A stretch of DNA of 64,000 bases from Azolla caroliniana. Lineage: Eukaryota; Plantae; Polypodiophyta. The position numbers and the translations under genes were made by a program. Where the stretch lies: positions 1,984,001-2,048,000 of the forward strand of contig JBHGNT010000008.1 of the NCBI GenBank assembly GCA_043228905.1, read 5' to 3'. How positions within the stretch are numbered: position 1 is the first letter of the stretch; every line of letters starts with the position of its first letter. The notes beneath the pieces were generated by a model that saw only the letters and a list, made by a program, of their open reading frames with translations, ran no database searches and was not told the origin of the DNA. Below, piece after piece: positions 51,039 to 64,000 of this stretch.

Positions 51039-54000
51039 TTATTTTTTTATTGCTGCTTGAGCTGCAGCTAGTCTTGCAATTGGTACTCTGAATAAACGTG
51101 AGCATAAAAAAACAAAGAATTTAGAAACATGTGGTAACCAACATCGCATTAGAAAGAACTTTAGCAAAACAGAACACAAGCTATAATATATTAAAATAAA
51201 CTTTTCACTACAAAATAACAAACAGGAATTTAGCAACAGGCAATAAACATCAAACATGTGATAACCAACATCACACTAGAAAGAACTTTAGCAAAATAGA
51301 ACACAAGCTATAATATATTAAAATCAACTTTTCACTACAAAATAACAAACAGGAATTTAGCAACAGGCAATAAACATCAATATCCAATATACTACAATTA
51401 GCTTCTCTCAATACAAATCTAAATTGTGTACATTACACAATTGCACATGCACAAAAACAACAAAGATTTAGCAACATATAATAAACATCATATCAACCTT
51501 TGCAAAGAGAACCTAATGATAATATGACAATTAGTTTTCACAATTGTAATATACTATAATTAACTTTTTGCAGTATAAACTTAAATAGAACCTAAATGAT
51601 AATACTACAATTAGCTTTCACGAAGTAAAATACTATGATTAGTTTTCGCAATCCAAACCTAACACAGTATATTACAATTAGTTTTCACAACAGAAACCAA
51701 AATGGTGACACGCATACTACAATTAACTTCACAATAAAAACCCTAAAGGATGAACACTGGCATTGTTACAAATATTATATATCACAATCTTTAGCAACAC
51801 AAACCTGAAAGGTGAACAAGAGACGTAATCAAGACCAACTTTAGAAAAGAACTCGACTGACGAAGGTTCACCACCTTGCTCTCCACAAACTCCAACCTAT
51901 AGTTGTAAATATTATTATTCGTGAATAGAATCTTTCAAAGTGTATAACCAGATCGAATATATCTCAGAAGCTTTTAGATAGAATGGACCAAATCTAATGA
52001 ATTACAATTCAACGGTGTTACCTTAAGTGTAGGCTTAGTTTTTCTACCCCTTTCTGTTGCCACTTTAATAAGCTCTCCAACACCCTTTTGATCGAGTACC
52101 TAGATTTCAATAAGACGAAAATATGTTCTCATCAAAATTGCAGCATAAGTGCAAATCTGAACCTTAAGCACTAAGCACACCTAAATCACAGCAGATGAAA
52201 CTCAAGACATGTTTGAGAATAATAACAAATGTTTTACCTCGAATGGATCATTTTGAAGAATTCCCTGAGCCAAATAGATTGGTAAGAACTTGCTTACATC
52301 GTCTCTGCTGTACCCAAATGTCATCTGTGTGAGATCGTTGGTTCCAAATGAAAAGAAGTCTGCATGCTCAGCAATCTGCGATGTTTAACAAGTATATCAT
52401 GCCTTGTAGAATGATGGATGGTAGTAATAGATGCAAATAATGCTAAGGAAAATCATTGAAAGATGAGGTTTAGTGGAAAATTATTTGTTGAAGAAACTGT
52501 GCACCTGATCAGCTACCAATGCCGCACGTGGTATCTCTATCATAGTCCCAACTTTGTAATCCAAGATCGTTCCAGTCTCTCCAAAAACTTCAGCTGCTAC
52601 TTTATGAATGGCAGTAACTTGGTGATCCAACTCCTGAAGAAGAGACAATATGATGACCCAATAAATAAATGGATCTGAAGAAAACAATGTCTACGATGGC
52701 CCAGGAAAAATGGTGATATATGAACTGTATCCCCATATCGAGAATCTGGTATGGATATTGGCAATAATACTAACAATTATTCACACATTTTTGATACGCT
52801 AAAAGCATGCAACTAGTTCAGCAATCAGGTGTCCAGTTATTGGTATTCCAAGACAGTAACTTCTGTTTCTGGAGAGGAGTAAGTCAATAGAGTGGCTAAT
52901 GCTTCTTATAGATAATTCCATACTATACTGAATATGTGGAGCCCTATTGCCACAATTCCCTTCACTGTTCCGGAGAATGTGAAGTATGGTTCTCGAGGTA
53001 TTTTTTGCATGAAAAAAACATTAAAAATAGAATAAACGAATGGTTCATTAACCCAAGGACAACATTCATTAAAAATAGAATAAACAAATGGTTCATTAAC
53101 TCAAGGACAACATTTTAAGGTCCTTTTACATAATTATCCCTAAGGCAAAGTTCTCGAGATATTTTTTGCATGAAAAAAACATTAAAAATAGAATAAACAA
53201 ATGGTTCATTAACCCAAGGACAACATTTTAAGGTACTTTTACATAATTATCCCTAAGGCAAGAATCTTAGTTAAAGCAGCAACAGCAAAAATATGATCTG
53301 TGGTTATTATATACCTGTGGCGTGCCAACTAGAGGAACCATGACTTCTGGAAAAACCTTAATCTGTTGATTGTGCATATTAACTGCAGCCTCAAAAATTG
53401 CCCGCGCTTGCATATAGGTAAGCTCTGGATACGAAATTCCCAGCCTTCATACAAAGAAGAAACAAACAAATCAACAAGAAAAGAAGGTGAAGTTACAATA
53501 ATTGAGCATTTTCACGTTACCCTCAATTCATTGTAAACGTACTAACAATTTTTATGCACTCATTTACTTAATGATGTTAATGTTACATTCAGCCTCATAT
53601 TACACGACAATGTTCATGTTTATACAAATGATGCAGCTATTTACAGCACAAAAAACAATGTTTCGTGATTTACCTGCAACCTCGGAATCCCAACATAGGA
53701 TTTACTTCTGATAATTTCTCAACTCGGGCAAGTACTTCCTCTTCACTCACCCCAGTATCTTTAGCCAATTCTGTGACGATCTCTTCAATATCACCATCTG
53801 GTAAGAACTCATGGAGAGGTGGATCCAACAGGCGAATTGTCACAGGGAGGCCTGAAATAAAATGTGTAATCAAAAGATAATTTCCACATTTCAGCTTAGT
53901 TTTTTCAGCTGCAATTAATATAAAAAAACGATGATTACCATTCATTGCCCGGAAAATGCCTTCAAAATCTGACCGCTGATATGGTAATAGCTTTGCGAGT

Positions 54001-57000
54001 TGCACCTTCCTTTCTGTAGTATCAGATGCCATGATCATCTGCCTTACCGCTTTTATACGTTCATCCGATGCAAAGAACTGATGAACCAGAAGTATGAAGT
54101 TAAAACAACAAAGAAAAATTATGAATATTCAAAAAATATGACTTGGCGATGACAATTTTTCTATAAATACGTGATAAAAGATTGCTTAAAGAAGATCATG
54201 TGATCAGCTAAAGCCACTTAAGACAAAGCATTTCTGAGGTAATTCATCTAGGAAGGAAATTGCGCATTTCTGAGCTAGAATCGTTCAAGAAAGAGATGGT
54301 TCTGCATAATTATGAAATTTGATTTTACCATGTGCTCAGTTCTGCAAAGCCCAATACCCTCTGCCCCATTCTTCCTTGCATTTATGGCATCCTCAGGAGT
54401 ATCTGCATTCGCCATGACCTGAGGTTCACAAGTTGAAATAAATATTTTAAGCCAACGAAAGGCAGATCATATCTAGTGACTAGATTAGGTAGATTCCATA
54501 TATACAGATCGAGTATCTAGTGCCTACATTACTTAGATTCCATAAGGTTAAAACAGTGTAGATTTGAGTATCTAGAGCCTACATTACATAGATTCCACTG
54601 ATTTGAGTTTCTAAATACTACACATGCAGATCTCATAGATCATTAAGCATATCTAGTATCTATGAATAAATGGTAACGCATATTCCACAGATCAAAATCT
54701 TTTCCTAACTACATATAAATGCATAGCAGATAATGGACCTTGAGCTCTCGAAATTTGTCAACCCATTTCATGAATTCCCCCAAGTCCCCACTCATAGCAG
54801 GTTGAACCATGGGCTGCTTTCCCAAGATAACCTCTCCAGTGCTCCCATTCAATGAAATCCAGTCTCCTTCTCTCAGGACCCGATCATCAACTGTCAATGT
54901 CTGCAAATAAGGCAGGCATGTATGTCATAATTGATATTGACTCAGAATAACACAAAAAGAAGGATAAATAACATGGAAAACCAACAAGGCATTGGGTGTT
55001 CTCTTATTAAACCTTATTCTGTGTTCTCTCTTCAAACTGTATGGAACTTGATCATACCATGCAAAAAAAAATTGACATCCACTCAAAAAACAGCAGTAAT
55101 ACATGACATTCATCATAGCATGCAGCCAAAAATGTGTGATATTCACTCAAATAACAACAGGAAACAAGGAATCAAAATAATGTGCAAAATCCAAATCCAT
55201 CATGACACATACCCTCTTAACTTGCTATTTATGAAAGGATGCTTTAGGATCATGTTAATTGCGATCATTCACTCTCTTAATTTAATATATCTTAACAAAA
55301 GAAAAGCTTCATATGCTTCACATACCATAGAACAAAAAATGTGTGACTCAAAAAACAACAGGGAAACAAGAAATGACAATAAAGTGCAAAATCCAAATCC
55401 ATCATAACACATACCCTCTTAACTTGCTATTTATAAAAAGGATGCTTTAGGGATGCATGTTAATTGTGATTATTCACTCTTAATTTAATATATCTACGAA
55501 AAGAAAAGCCTCATACGCTTCATTGCCACTTTATAAATCACTATTACAAAACGTGATTTACCTTGTTCAAATCATTTACACGAATTTCGGAGCAACCTGA
55601 AACACAGCACTTGCCCCAGCCCCGTGCGACAACAGCCGCATGAGAAGTCATCCCTCCCCTTGCTGTAAGTATACCTTGTGCAGCATGCATGCCACCAACA
55701 TCTTCTGGACTGGTCTCATTCCTGACCTGGAAAAAACACAATATTATTTTTCATGTAATGCTTAAAACAATATATTTAAAATCCAAAGAGTGCAACCAGA
55801 CTATGACTAAATTTAACTAGTTGCAAGATAGGTGTCATACGAGTATAACATGTCTTCCTTGAGCATGTGCAGCTTCTGCATCTTCAGGGTTGAATACAAT
55901 CTGACCTACAGCAGCTCCAGGTGATGCAGGCAACCCAGTAGCAATAACACTGGGCCTATAAGTCGAAGGATCTTCAAACTGCAGGCATCATCAAATTTGA
56001 TTATTACTGCCACTAGCATGGTCTCATTATTCTATATATTATAAAGTTAAACGTCATGGCACCATTATCCCATAGCTTTTAAGATTCGCATGACACTATT
56101 ACAATATAGATTACAACTTTAGCATTGGGATAAATGCATCATTATCCCATGGAATAGACGAACAAACCCACAGAATATTAGCACAGGAAAAGAGAAGAAA
56201 AATGAACCTGGGGATGTAGCAATTGGTCTAAATGTTGAGGTTCCACCATTTTTATGGCACCTTTAGGTTCCACAAGCCCTTCACCCACCATATCCACTGC
56301 AATTTTCACAGCGCCTGCACCAGTTCTCTTTCCAGTGCGGCATTGCAACATCCAAAGCCGACCCTCCTGTACAGTAAACTCGATGTCCTGCATATTCATC
56401 AGAACAAATCTAAGCAAACACATCAATCCAAAACAAGAAAAATATTGAACCATAAATGATATGGTAACCATCATAATGTAGAATAACGTTTAAACCACAA
56501 GCAATGAAAAAGTTAAAGTAACATTTAAACATTACCATAATCACATATTCAGCAGAATAAGAGTATTTTTGTGAGGCTTTGACGGTTACTATAGGTATGG
56601 TGCACAATCAAACTACGAAAAACAAATCACATTGTAGACACTCTAGTGGTTTTAAGAATTAGAATTCATTCTTACTATGTGCTATGAAAAAACTATGCAC
56701 AATGCTTGATCACATAAAATCTCATGTTATCCACTAATTGCTGATGTCGAGATCTCATACTGTGCTTGATCACATAAGATAGTTAAAATCTTACCATCAT
56801 GTCCTGGTAGTGCTTCTCAAGAATTTCACAGTTCTCAACCAGCTCATCATAAGCTTCAGGCATCGCACCTTTCATAGCATCAAGATCCAGTGGCGTTCGG
56901 ATGCCCGCGACAACATCTTCACCCTACAGAAGGATAAAAAGAAATGAAAAAGTTTCCCACAAAACTCGAACGCACAAATGATAATGCTGCAACTAGACAA

Positions 57001-60000
57001 AGGCTCCACCTGTGCATTGATGAGAAATTCTCCATACAGTTTCCTCTCTCCAGTGCTGGGATTGCGGGTGAATAGAACTCCTGTGCCAGAAGTAGTACCC
57101 ATATTTCCAAATACCATGGTCTGGATATTCACAGCTGTCCCTTTCAAACCCGTTATTTGATTGATGGCCCGATATTTGATTGCTCGGGGGCTATTCCAAG
57201 ACTCAAAAACGGCAACCATGGCTAAACGTAGTTGCTCCTCAGGATCTTCGAGATAAATGACATGAAATAAATCAGACAATGTAATGTGGATGGAATGGAT
57301 ACACCCTAAGCTCAAACAATGAAACGCAAATGCTTCATCATTATGATCATGAATGAAGTTGAAATATGCATGTAGCGTACACCCAAAGTGGAAATGAGCA
57401 TTGAAGGTATACAACCTAAGCTAAAATGAGAATGAAAGGTACGCCTAACTTTAACTTAAACAATGGAAGAAGAAAATTATGAGCATGCAGAGTATATACC
57501 TAACTTAAGCTGAAATTATACACTCTAAGCTTTACAGAAGATACCAGAATACCAGGACAGGTACATACCCGAAGGGAAATTTTTGCCTATGGCCTTCACA
57601 TAGACTGCCTTATATTTTTCGACAAGCTCCTTTAAATCTTCTGTAGTAAGGTCTGTATCTTGAGTTACACCCCTTTCTTTCTTCAAGCTCTCTAGCTCAT
57701 GTTCAAACAAATCATGAGAGACACCCAAGACCTACACAGCATCAATAAACGCCAGCAAAACACTTCAAAAAACCTGATAAATAATTGATCCATTTTGTTC
57801 GTCATAAAGAAGCATAGTTGAGACAATGCAATAATTTGCATACCACATCGCCAAACATGTCTAAGAAACGCCTATATGAGTCATATGCGAATCGTTCTCC
57901 ACTTCGAGCAGCAAGCCCAAGAACAACTTCATCATTCAATCCCAAGTTAAGCACAGTATCCATCATGCCTGGCATTGAAATCTGTGGAAGAACAGAATCA
58001 GTCTTTATGACAAACATGAACAAAAGAATGTAGAGACCATGATTATGTGTTCCTCAAGTTACACTGTGATAATACCACTCATATATCGTATATTGTAAGT
58101 GATGTGCAACATTATCATGATGTGTGCAAGGATATATATATGTATGTATGTATATGTATGTATGTATGTATATATAACATGATTCAATGAAAGACGAACA
58201 CAAGTGAAAGAACATAATTAGACTCACAGCAGCTCCAGATCGCACGGAAACCAGAAGGGGTTTTGATGGGTCGCCAAGTGTTGCATTCATATCCTCCTCC
58301 ACAGTTCTAAGAGCTTCCTTCACTTCTTCCCAAAGAGCAGCTGGCAACTTCTTATCATTATCTTCATACTCTTGACAAGCTTCTGTTGTGATAGTGAGGC
58401 CTGGTGGGACAGATAAACCAATGCTTGCCATCTCAGCAAGATTTGCTCCTTTCCCTCCTAACTGCAAAGATTAGCCATTGAAGATCATGTAAATAAATCA
58501 ATGAGTCACAACGCCAAGTGATGAGATGTAGGATTTTAAAAGTATACATGCAGGTTTTTGAGCAATTTATACACATATGCAGAAAATGGGGTTTCCGGTA
58601 ATGAACAAAAAATATGCATGTAAATGGATAGCAGTACCAAAGGATAACTGCAAAGATAAGCCATTGAAGATCATGTAAATGAATCAAAGAGTCACACCAA
58701 ATGATGAGATGCAGGATTTTAAAGTTCAGAATTTAGGGTTATATACAAGGCTAAGGGTGTAGAACTTTAGGATTAGGGTCCAGCTTTCTGAACAATTAAT
58801 ATACATACAAAGAAAATACAGTTTCAGCTAATGAACAAGTTATATACCAGTAAATGAATAGCAGCACCAGGACAATGCGTAGAGTTCAGGGTTTATGACT
58901 ATGGTTATAAATAACGGTATGGTTAGGGATTTGAAGAACTTAAAAATACATACACAGATAAGGTTTACAGTTTTTAACAAGTTACATATATGTATTAGAG
59001 AATGTACCAGGGTTTTCATGCTCTTATCTCCTTGGCTCCTTCCTTTGCCAAATGCATAAACTCTCTGCACATTCATTTGTGAAAATAAATATATTACAAC
59101 CAAATCTCACTCATCTACATAGCTTAAGCACTAGAATTAAGGGCATAAATATTCATTTACCATATGAAACTCCACAGAAATGGCATCTATAAACATCCAG
59201 GTACTGGAAATAGAAACTTATATATTCATCTACAGAGGGAACTGAATCAAGTTGCATTTATAAAGATTAAGTACTGAGTTGAAGTGTTTATATGGTCACC
59301 TTCGAGCTTATACGGCATCTTCTAGATCCAAGCACTTGAACAGAAATGACGTGTTTAAAGAGAAGTGTGATAATTAGGAGATCATATCATCATCTATATA
59401 CAGGACTAGAATTTTAAACAGACGCCATCTCTAAATATGGAGATACTAAGAGCTTATATCATCATTTTCAGACAACCGAGTACAATAACTTACATCATCA
59501 TCTACAAACATCTATAGAAGGTGAAGAACTAGAATTAAGAGCTTATATCATTATCTCCATTGAAAATCAGCATCTCTAAGATGCTATGTACTAGAATTAA
59601 AACCTTGTATCATCATCTACACACAAAATGGCATCTTTAAAGATCCAAGCAATAGAATAAAGATATAAATCACTTACATACAAAACTGACATCTTTAAAG
59701 TCAGAAGTAGAATAATTAAGAGTTTAAATCATCATACATATACAAAGAATGAAATCCCTGGATATATATTAGTATTAAAATTAAGCCATTATACATCATC
59801 TACATATCAAACTAGCATCTCAAAAGAAAATTGCATGTTAAAAAAATACGATCCAAGTACTATGTTTTAAATATTATAGCAGCATTTAAATAAGAAATGT
59901 CAGTAATGATGCTGAGTACTATAATTAAAAGAGCTAAGCTTATATTATAATTGAACCTTCTTTGTGAGAGGTGGGATTGGAGCACTGACTGGAGCCGCTT

Positions 60001-60355
60001 GGCATACCACATCATGCAAGAGCTGGCGGGGCATATGTTTGGTCGATGTCTCGAGCTTAAAATTTTCTTTACCTTCTCCACACCCCATCAAGAGCTCAAA
60101 TCCAGAAAAACCCAAGATATTTTTTGATTGGCAAGATACAACTGATAACTTATTTCTTCTTATACTGTAATCTTTTCTTCGATTAACCCCACTTTGATGA
60201 TGATTAGCTACACTTAATATATGGGATGCTCTGTTCTTGCTTAAAACATTCTCTTTCTTTCTTCTTGCAGCATGATCTTTTCGGTGGTTAAACCCATCTT
60301 CAGCGAAGCTTATATGGGCTATGGACCTTAATGCAGAAGAGGAAGAAACGGCCAT
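51039..60355 (-). CDS. PPDK: Pyruvate, orthophosphate dikinase, chloroplast precursor
   Basis: About 20 GT-AG exons. Transit-peptide exon 60355-59957, then [61 protein letters not shown] (regulatory Thr, catalytic His), [38 protein letters not shown] and [10 protein letters not shown]. Confidence 0.98.
59110..59825. repeat. Degenerate ~60-bp tandem repeat in PPDK intron 1
   Basis: Recurrent TAGAATTAAGAGCTTATATCATCATCTAC...GGCATCT motifs. Confidence 0.6.
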
Positions 60356-61982
60356 GGTTTTTTGTTTTTCCTGGTGGTATCTCGATAACAAAGCTGCTTT
60401 CTATTTGCGGGTTATTCTCTAAACTTTCAGTTGGATGCTCCTTCTTATGTGGGAGAACTAAAATGAGAGTCCTGCCAAAAGAAGGATAGATTGAGATCCA
60501 AATCTAGCCACTAATGATAGTGATCAGGAAAGACCAAGATGTGATTAGGAATTGATCTGACCGATTATCCAGTGATTAGAGAGAAACCATTTTAGATTAG
60601 AGGGAATACTCACCGATGAAGAGGATTAGTGCAATGATAGCTTGAATTAGTAACTAATCTCAGAACCAACCACTTGTCATTTGAAAGAAAATGAAAACAA
60701 TTTAATTAAAATTAGGTCTGTATTTTGAGACTAAGGTTAGACTTTAGGAAATGCATAACCCCATTTGAAAATGCTCACAAATAACAAGATGTGGTTGCTT
60801 CCTGTCCTCATGATTTCTTGTGAGTTAGAAATCAATGGAAAAATATTTTTTTACAATTAAATTAAAAGATATAACCCAGAAAAGAACAAAAAAGGAGGAA
60901 AAAAACTTGTGTGATTGCATAGTTTGGCATAATGTGGTGCATATGAATGAAGCATCCCATCCCTTTTTTTAACCAATAATTAAAATAAGAATAGGAAAAC
61001 AAGATTATCCATTCATATGTCAATCATCCATCCATCCATCTAAAGTTTGAAAGAGTAAACCATTTTGTGCTTTTCTATGAATAAATGAATACTTGTTCTC
61101 CACTCAACCCAGCTCACTTTGAATTTTTTTCCTCTCCCCTTCCTTTTCTAGATAGTTCTTTTATTAGACGCTCGTAAGGGGAGATTCATGTGCTAGCTAA
61201 CCATATCTTATGATTCGATTCACTATGCATGTTGTTTAGAACTATATGAGCTCGACCAAGAATGTCGTGTTCTAACTTTTTGACTTTCAAAATCTACCAC
61301 TCAAGTGAAGCGAGAAGGATGTATCAATGATATCACTAGCACCATAAATGACAGACCAAATGGGTGAATCGCCGCTCGCTTGCATCTTCTTCGATCAATG
61401 AATGGTTGCTTGATGTTCAATTCTAGGAACTTTGATTCCAATTTGTCCATGGTACACGAATCGTGGCAAAAAATTGGTCATTCCTCTCTATGTAACTATG
61501 ATTTTCATTCCACAAGTTTCTACTTGTTTTGAAAGGAGCTTCGATTCATAGCCCACAAAAGTCGACAAACCTTGATGAGACTATACACTAGCTTAAAGAC
61601 GATGACATGGAAATATTTTGTTTGCCCCTAGGTTCAAATGAATGTAACTACCATCTTTTTGGGGCAAAAACTTCTACTTTGTATATTTTCATTTGTTACA
61701 AGTATTTCGTGAAATCATTTATTAATGGAGTCAACTACACAAAAGGTAGGCCCATCAACTCAGGGACCACCATTTAGTGTGCCATGTTTTAAATGTAGAC
61801 CTACAATTCATTGGTATAACTAGGATTTGCGAAGATCAAGAAGTGTAGTTAATTACAAGAACTATGCGTTTGTTTAAGTGAATTACCCTGAAGTAGTTGC
61901 ATGTGATGTTATACCCCCGCTATACATATTTCTTCCCATGGATCAATTTTGGCCTCTCTATGGATGCTAAAAAGAAGCTAAC

Positions 61983-62023
<41 letters not shown>

Positions 62024-64000
62024 GTGCATTGCAAGGAATTCATGCCAACTTATGGATTTCCATTCCGTTAGGTGGAGAGTCCTATCCATTGTCCAATTGA
62101 CCCTATTAAAATATAATTATGCTCTTTAGAAGTACACTTTGACAAAAAACAATTGATCTCTCCAGGTCACGTTGCTGGTTTCATGCATAGGTGCTCATTC
62201 TACAATATTAATTTACTAAAGAAAGCAAGCCCTTTACCATAATGGTTGAATTTAGAGAGAGCTATATTTAATTCCATGTGATGGCTCTTGTCGGTCATAC
62301 TTTTGGATCATTGAGATGCCCTCTATATTATAGTTTGTTTCAAAATTTAAAAAAGTGGAAAGATAAAAAAGCTTTGATATGTGGACTTTATTCTTCTCTC
62401 TTTGCCCCCCAACCATTATGAACAAATGGTTTGAATGATGGATGCAAACACTCACCACGCATGGATTCGAAAACGTGTGGATGCTCATACTTCACACATT
62501 ATATTATGTTGAGCCAAACTATAATCTTTGAAAGGTGATCCATATTCACCTATATCGTTGCTGTAAAACATCCCTTTTCTATAATAACACCATCACTTGC
62601 ATATGATTTAGCTCGCACTCTCTTCTGTGTGAGATGGGGCGTCAAGTTGTCAAAAAGGACACATATACCATGCATGTTTGATTATGACACTCAAATGCAA
62701 CACTTTCTTTAAAGCCTACACAAGTTTTGAGCCACAAATGAATTAATCGAGTCATAAGGTCAAGAAGGAGGATTAATCAACAAATTACAAGAATCCATGG
62801 ATGCACATGGATGTTAGACATCCCAAACTCTTAAAAATTTACATAGGAACAAAGTATTTCATTATTGTGGGTAATACAAAGAGTATTTCATGATATTGTG
62901 AAGAGAATATGTTCTACTGCTTGATACCTCTAGTCTTGCACATGGAGTTTTTTCTTTTCAAAAAAAATTTGCTTCCCATTAGTTAAATGAATTGTATATA
63001 CAAATCTGGCTATGTACACTCTAAGTATCTATAGATACTCTCCTATTTATGTGTCACTTTCATATATACTTGGCTATCGTTGTGTGACACCTTAGATAAA
63101 AAAAAAGGGTGGGGCAATCATTGTCCACATAACAGAAACAATTGCATGTTATTTTTCAACAAGCATGAAGACACTCCTAACAAGCTTCTGAACGCAGCTA
63201 GACATTGATATCACTGAAAGCAATATGGTGATTTGCTGGCCAGGGAGGGTAGAGCCAATGATGTGGCTAGAAGCACCATTTCGGATGTCATGATGTGAAG
63301 TCCACCACTGGCGTGGTTTCCCAAGTGAGATAAATTGTGCTCATGCCAACTCTTGAGACTCTTAATCTCCCTGTAGGTTTTCGAATTGTGCACGCAAGGA
63401 TATCACTAAATCAAACCCTTGCACGTGAAGTTTTATGTAGTGCTTATTTTTGTGTTAAATTAACCTCTGTCTTCTCAGATGCAATCTCTTACCAATGTTC
63501 TACTATCTTTCTATGTTGTTGATTGAAGTCTTGATTATGAGGCTAGAGGTAGTGCCTCTAGGTTGTTGATCATGTCTTGCTAGTGACTCATGAGGCTAGA
63601 TGTATTATGCAATGTTGGGTTTGAATGCACGACCTTTACATTTCTATTGGACAATCTTACCAACTAAGCTACAATTATCTTGGCTAATCTTTCTCACTTC
63701 TAGATTCTCTACTCTTTACAAGATCTCTCTTTCATGCATGCAAATGAGTAAAACTCATGCTCATGAAGTATATCACTATATTGCTTTTGATTTTTTTAGA
63801 GGATATTGTACATTTTTCCATACCCTTAGTTAACTCAAAAAAGGTTTTGTGATATGAGGTTGATTGAGATGTATGCCTCATATGAGAATTTGGATACTTA
63901 CAATAGAAAAACCTTATTGGGAAAATCGCTAAGGGTATGTAATAAATGTGCAACCTAGCATCCCCAATTTCACCGTCAAAAGGATGAGATATGATGCATA

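Noticed and set aside
63185-63345. Coding-like fragment KQYGDLLAREGRANDVARSTISDVMM
   Set aside because: Short, interrupted by stops, and not assignable to a family.

Overview
AT-rich, intron-containing land-plant nuclear DNA. A seed-free plant such as a fern is plausible from overall style, but that is inference only. Five apparently intact genes: an intronless AT-hook/PPC (AHL) gene (5414-6193, +), Mg-chelatase CHLI (9492-12199, +), a plastid MscS-like channel of MSL2/3 type (24115-28319, +), CURT1 (46879-49153, +) and PPDK (51039-60355, -). Between them lie a nest of copia and gypsy remnants (12.5-19.2 kb), a 10 x 153-bp tandem array and a decayed minus-strand multi-exon gene. That gene has a PD-(D/E)xK-like motif and a C-terminal UIM-like motif, and its introns and upstream region hold a nearly intact two-ORF LINE, further LINE/copia fragments and a PABN retrocopy joined head-to-head to a LINE 3' end. 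The leads most worth checking are this nuclease-like/UIM pseudogene, the LINE-PABN junction, an in-frame intronic ATG in PPDK that could give a cytosolic isoform, and the coding-like 153-bp satellite. Coordinates and exon boundaries were read by eye.
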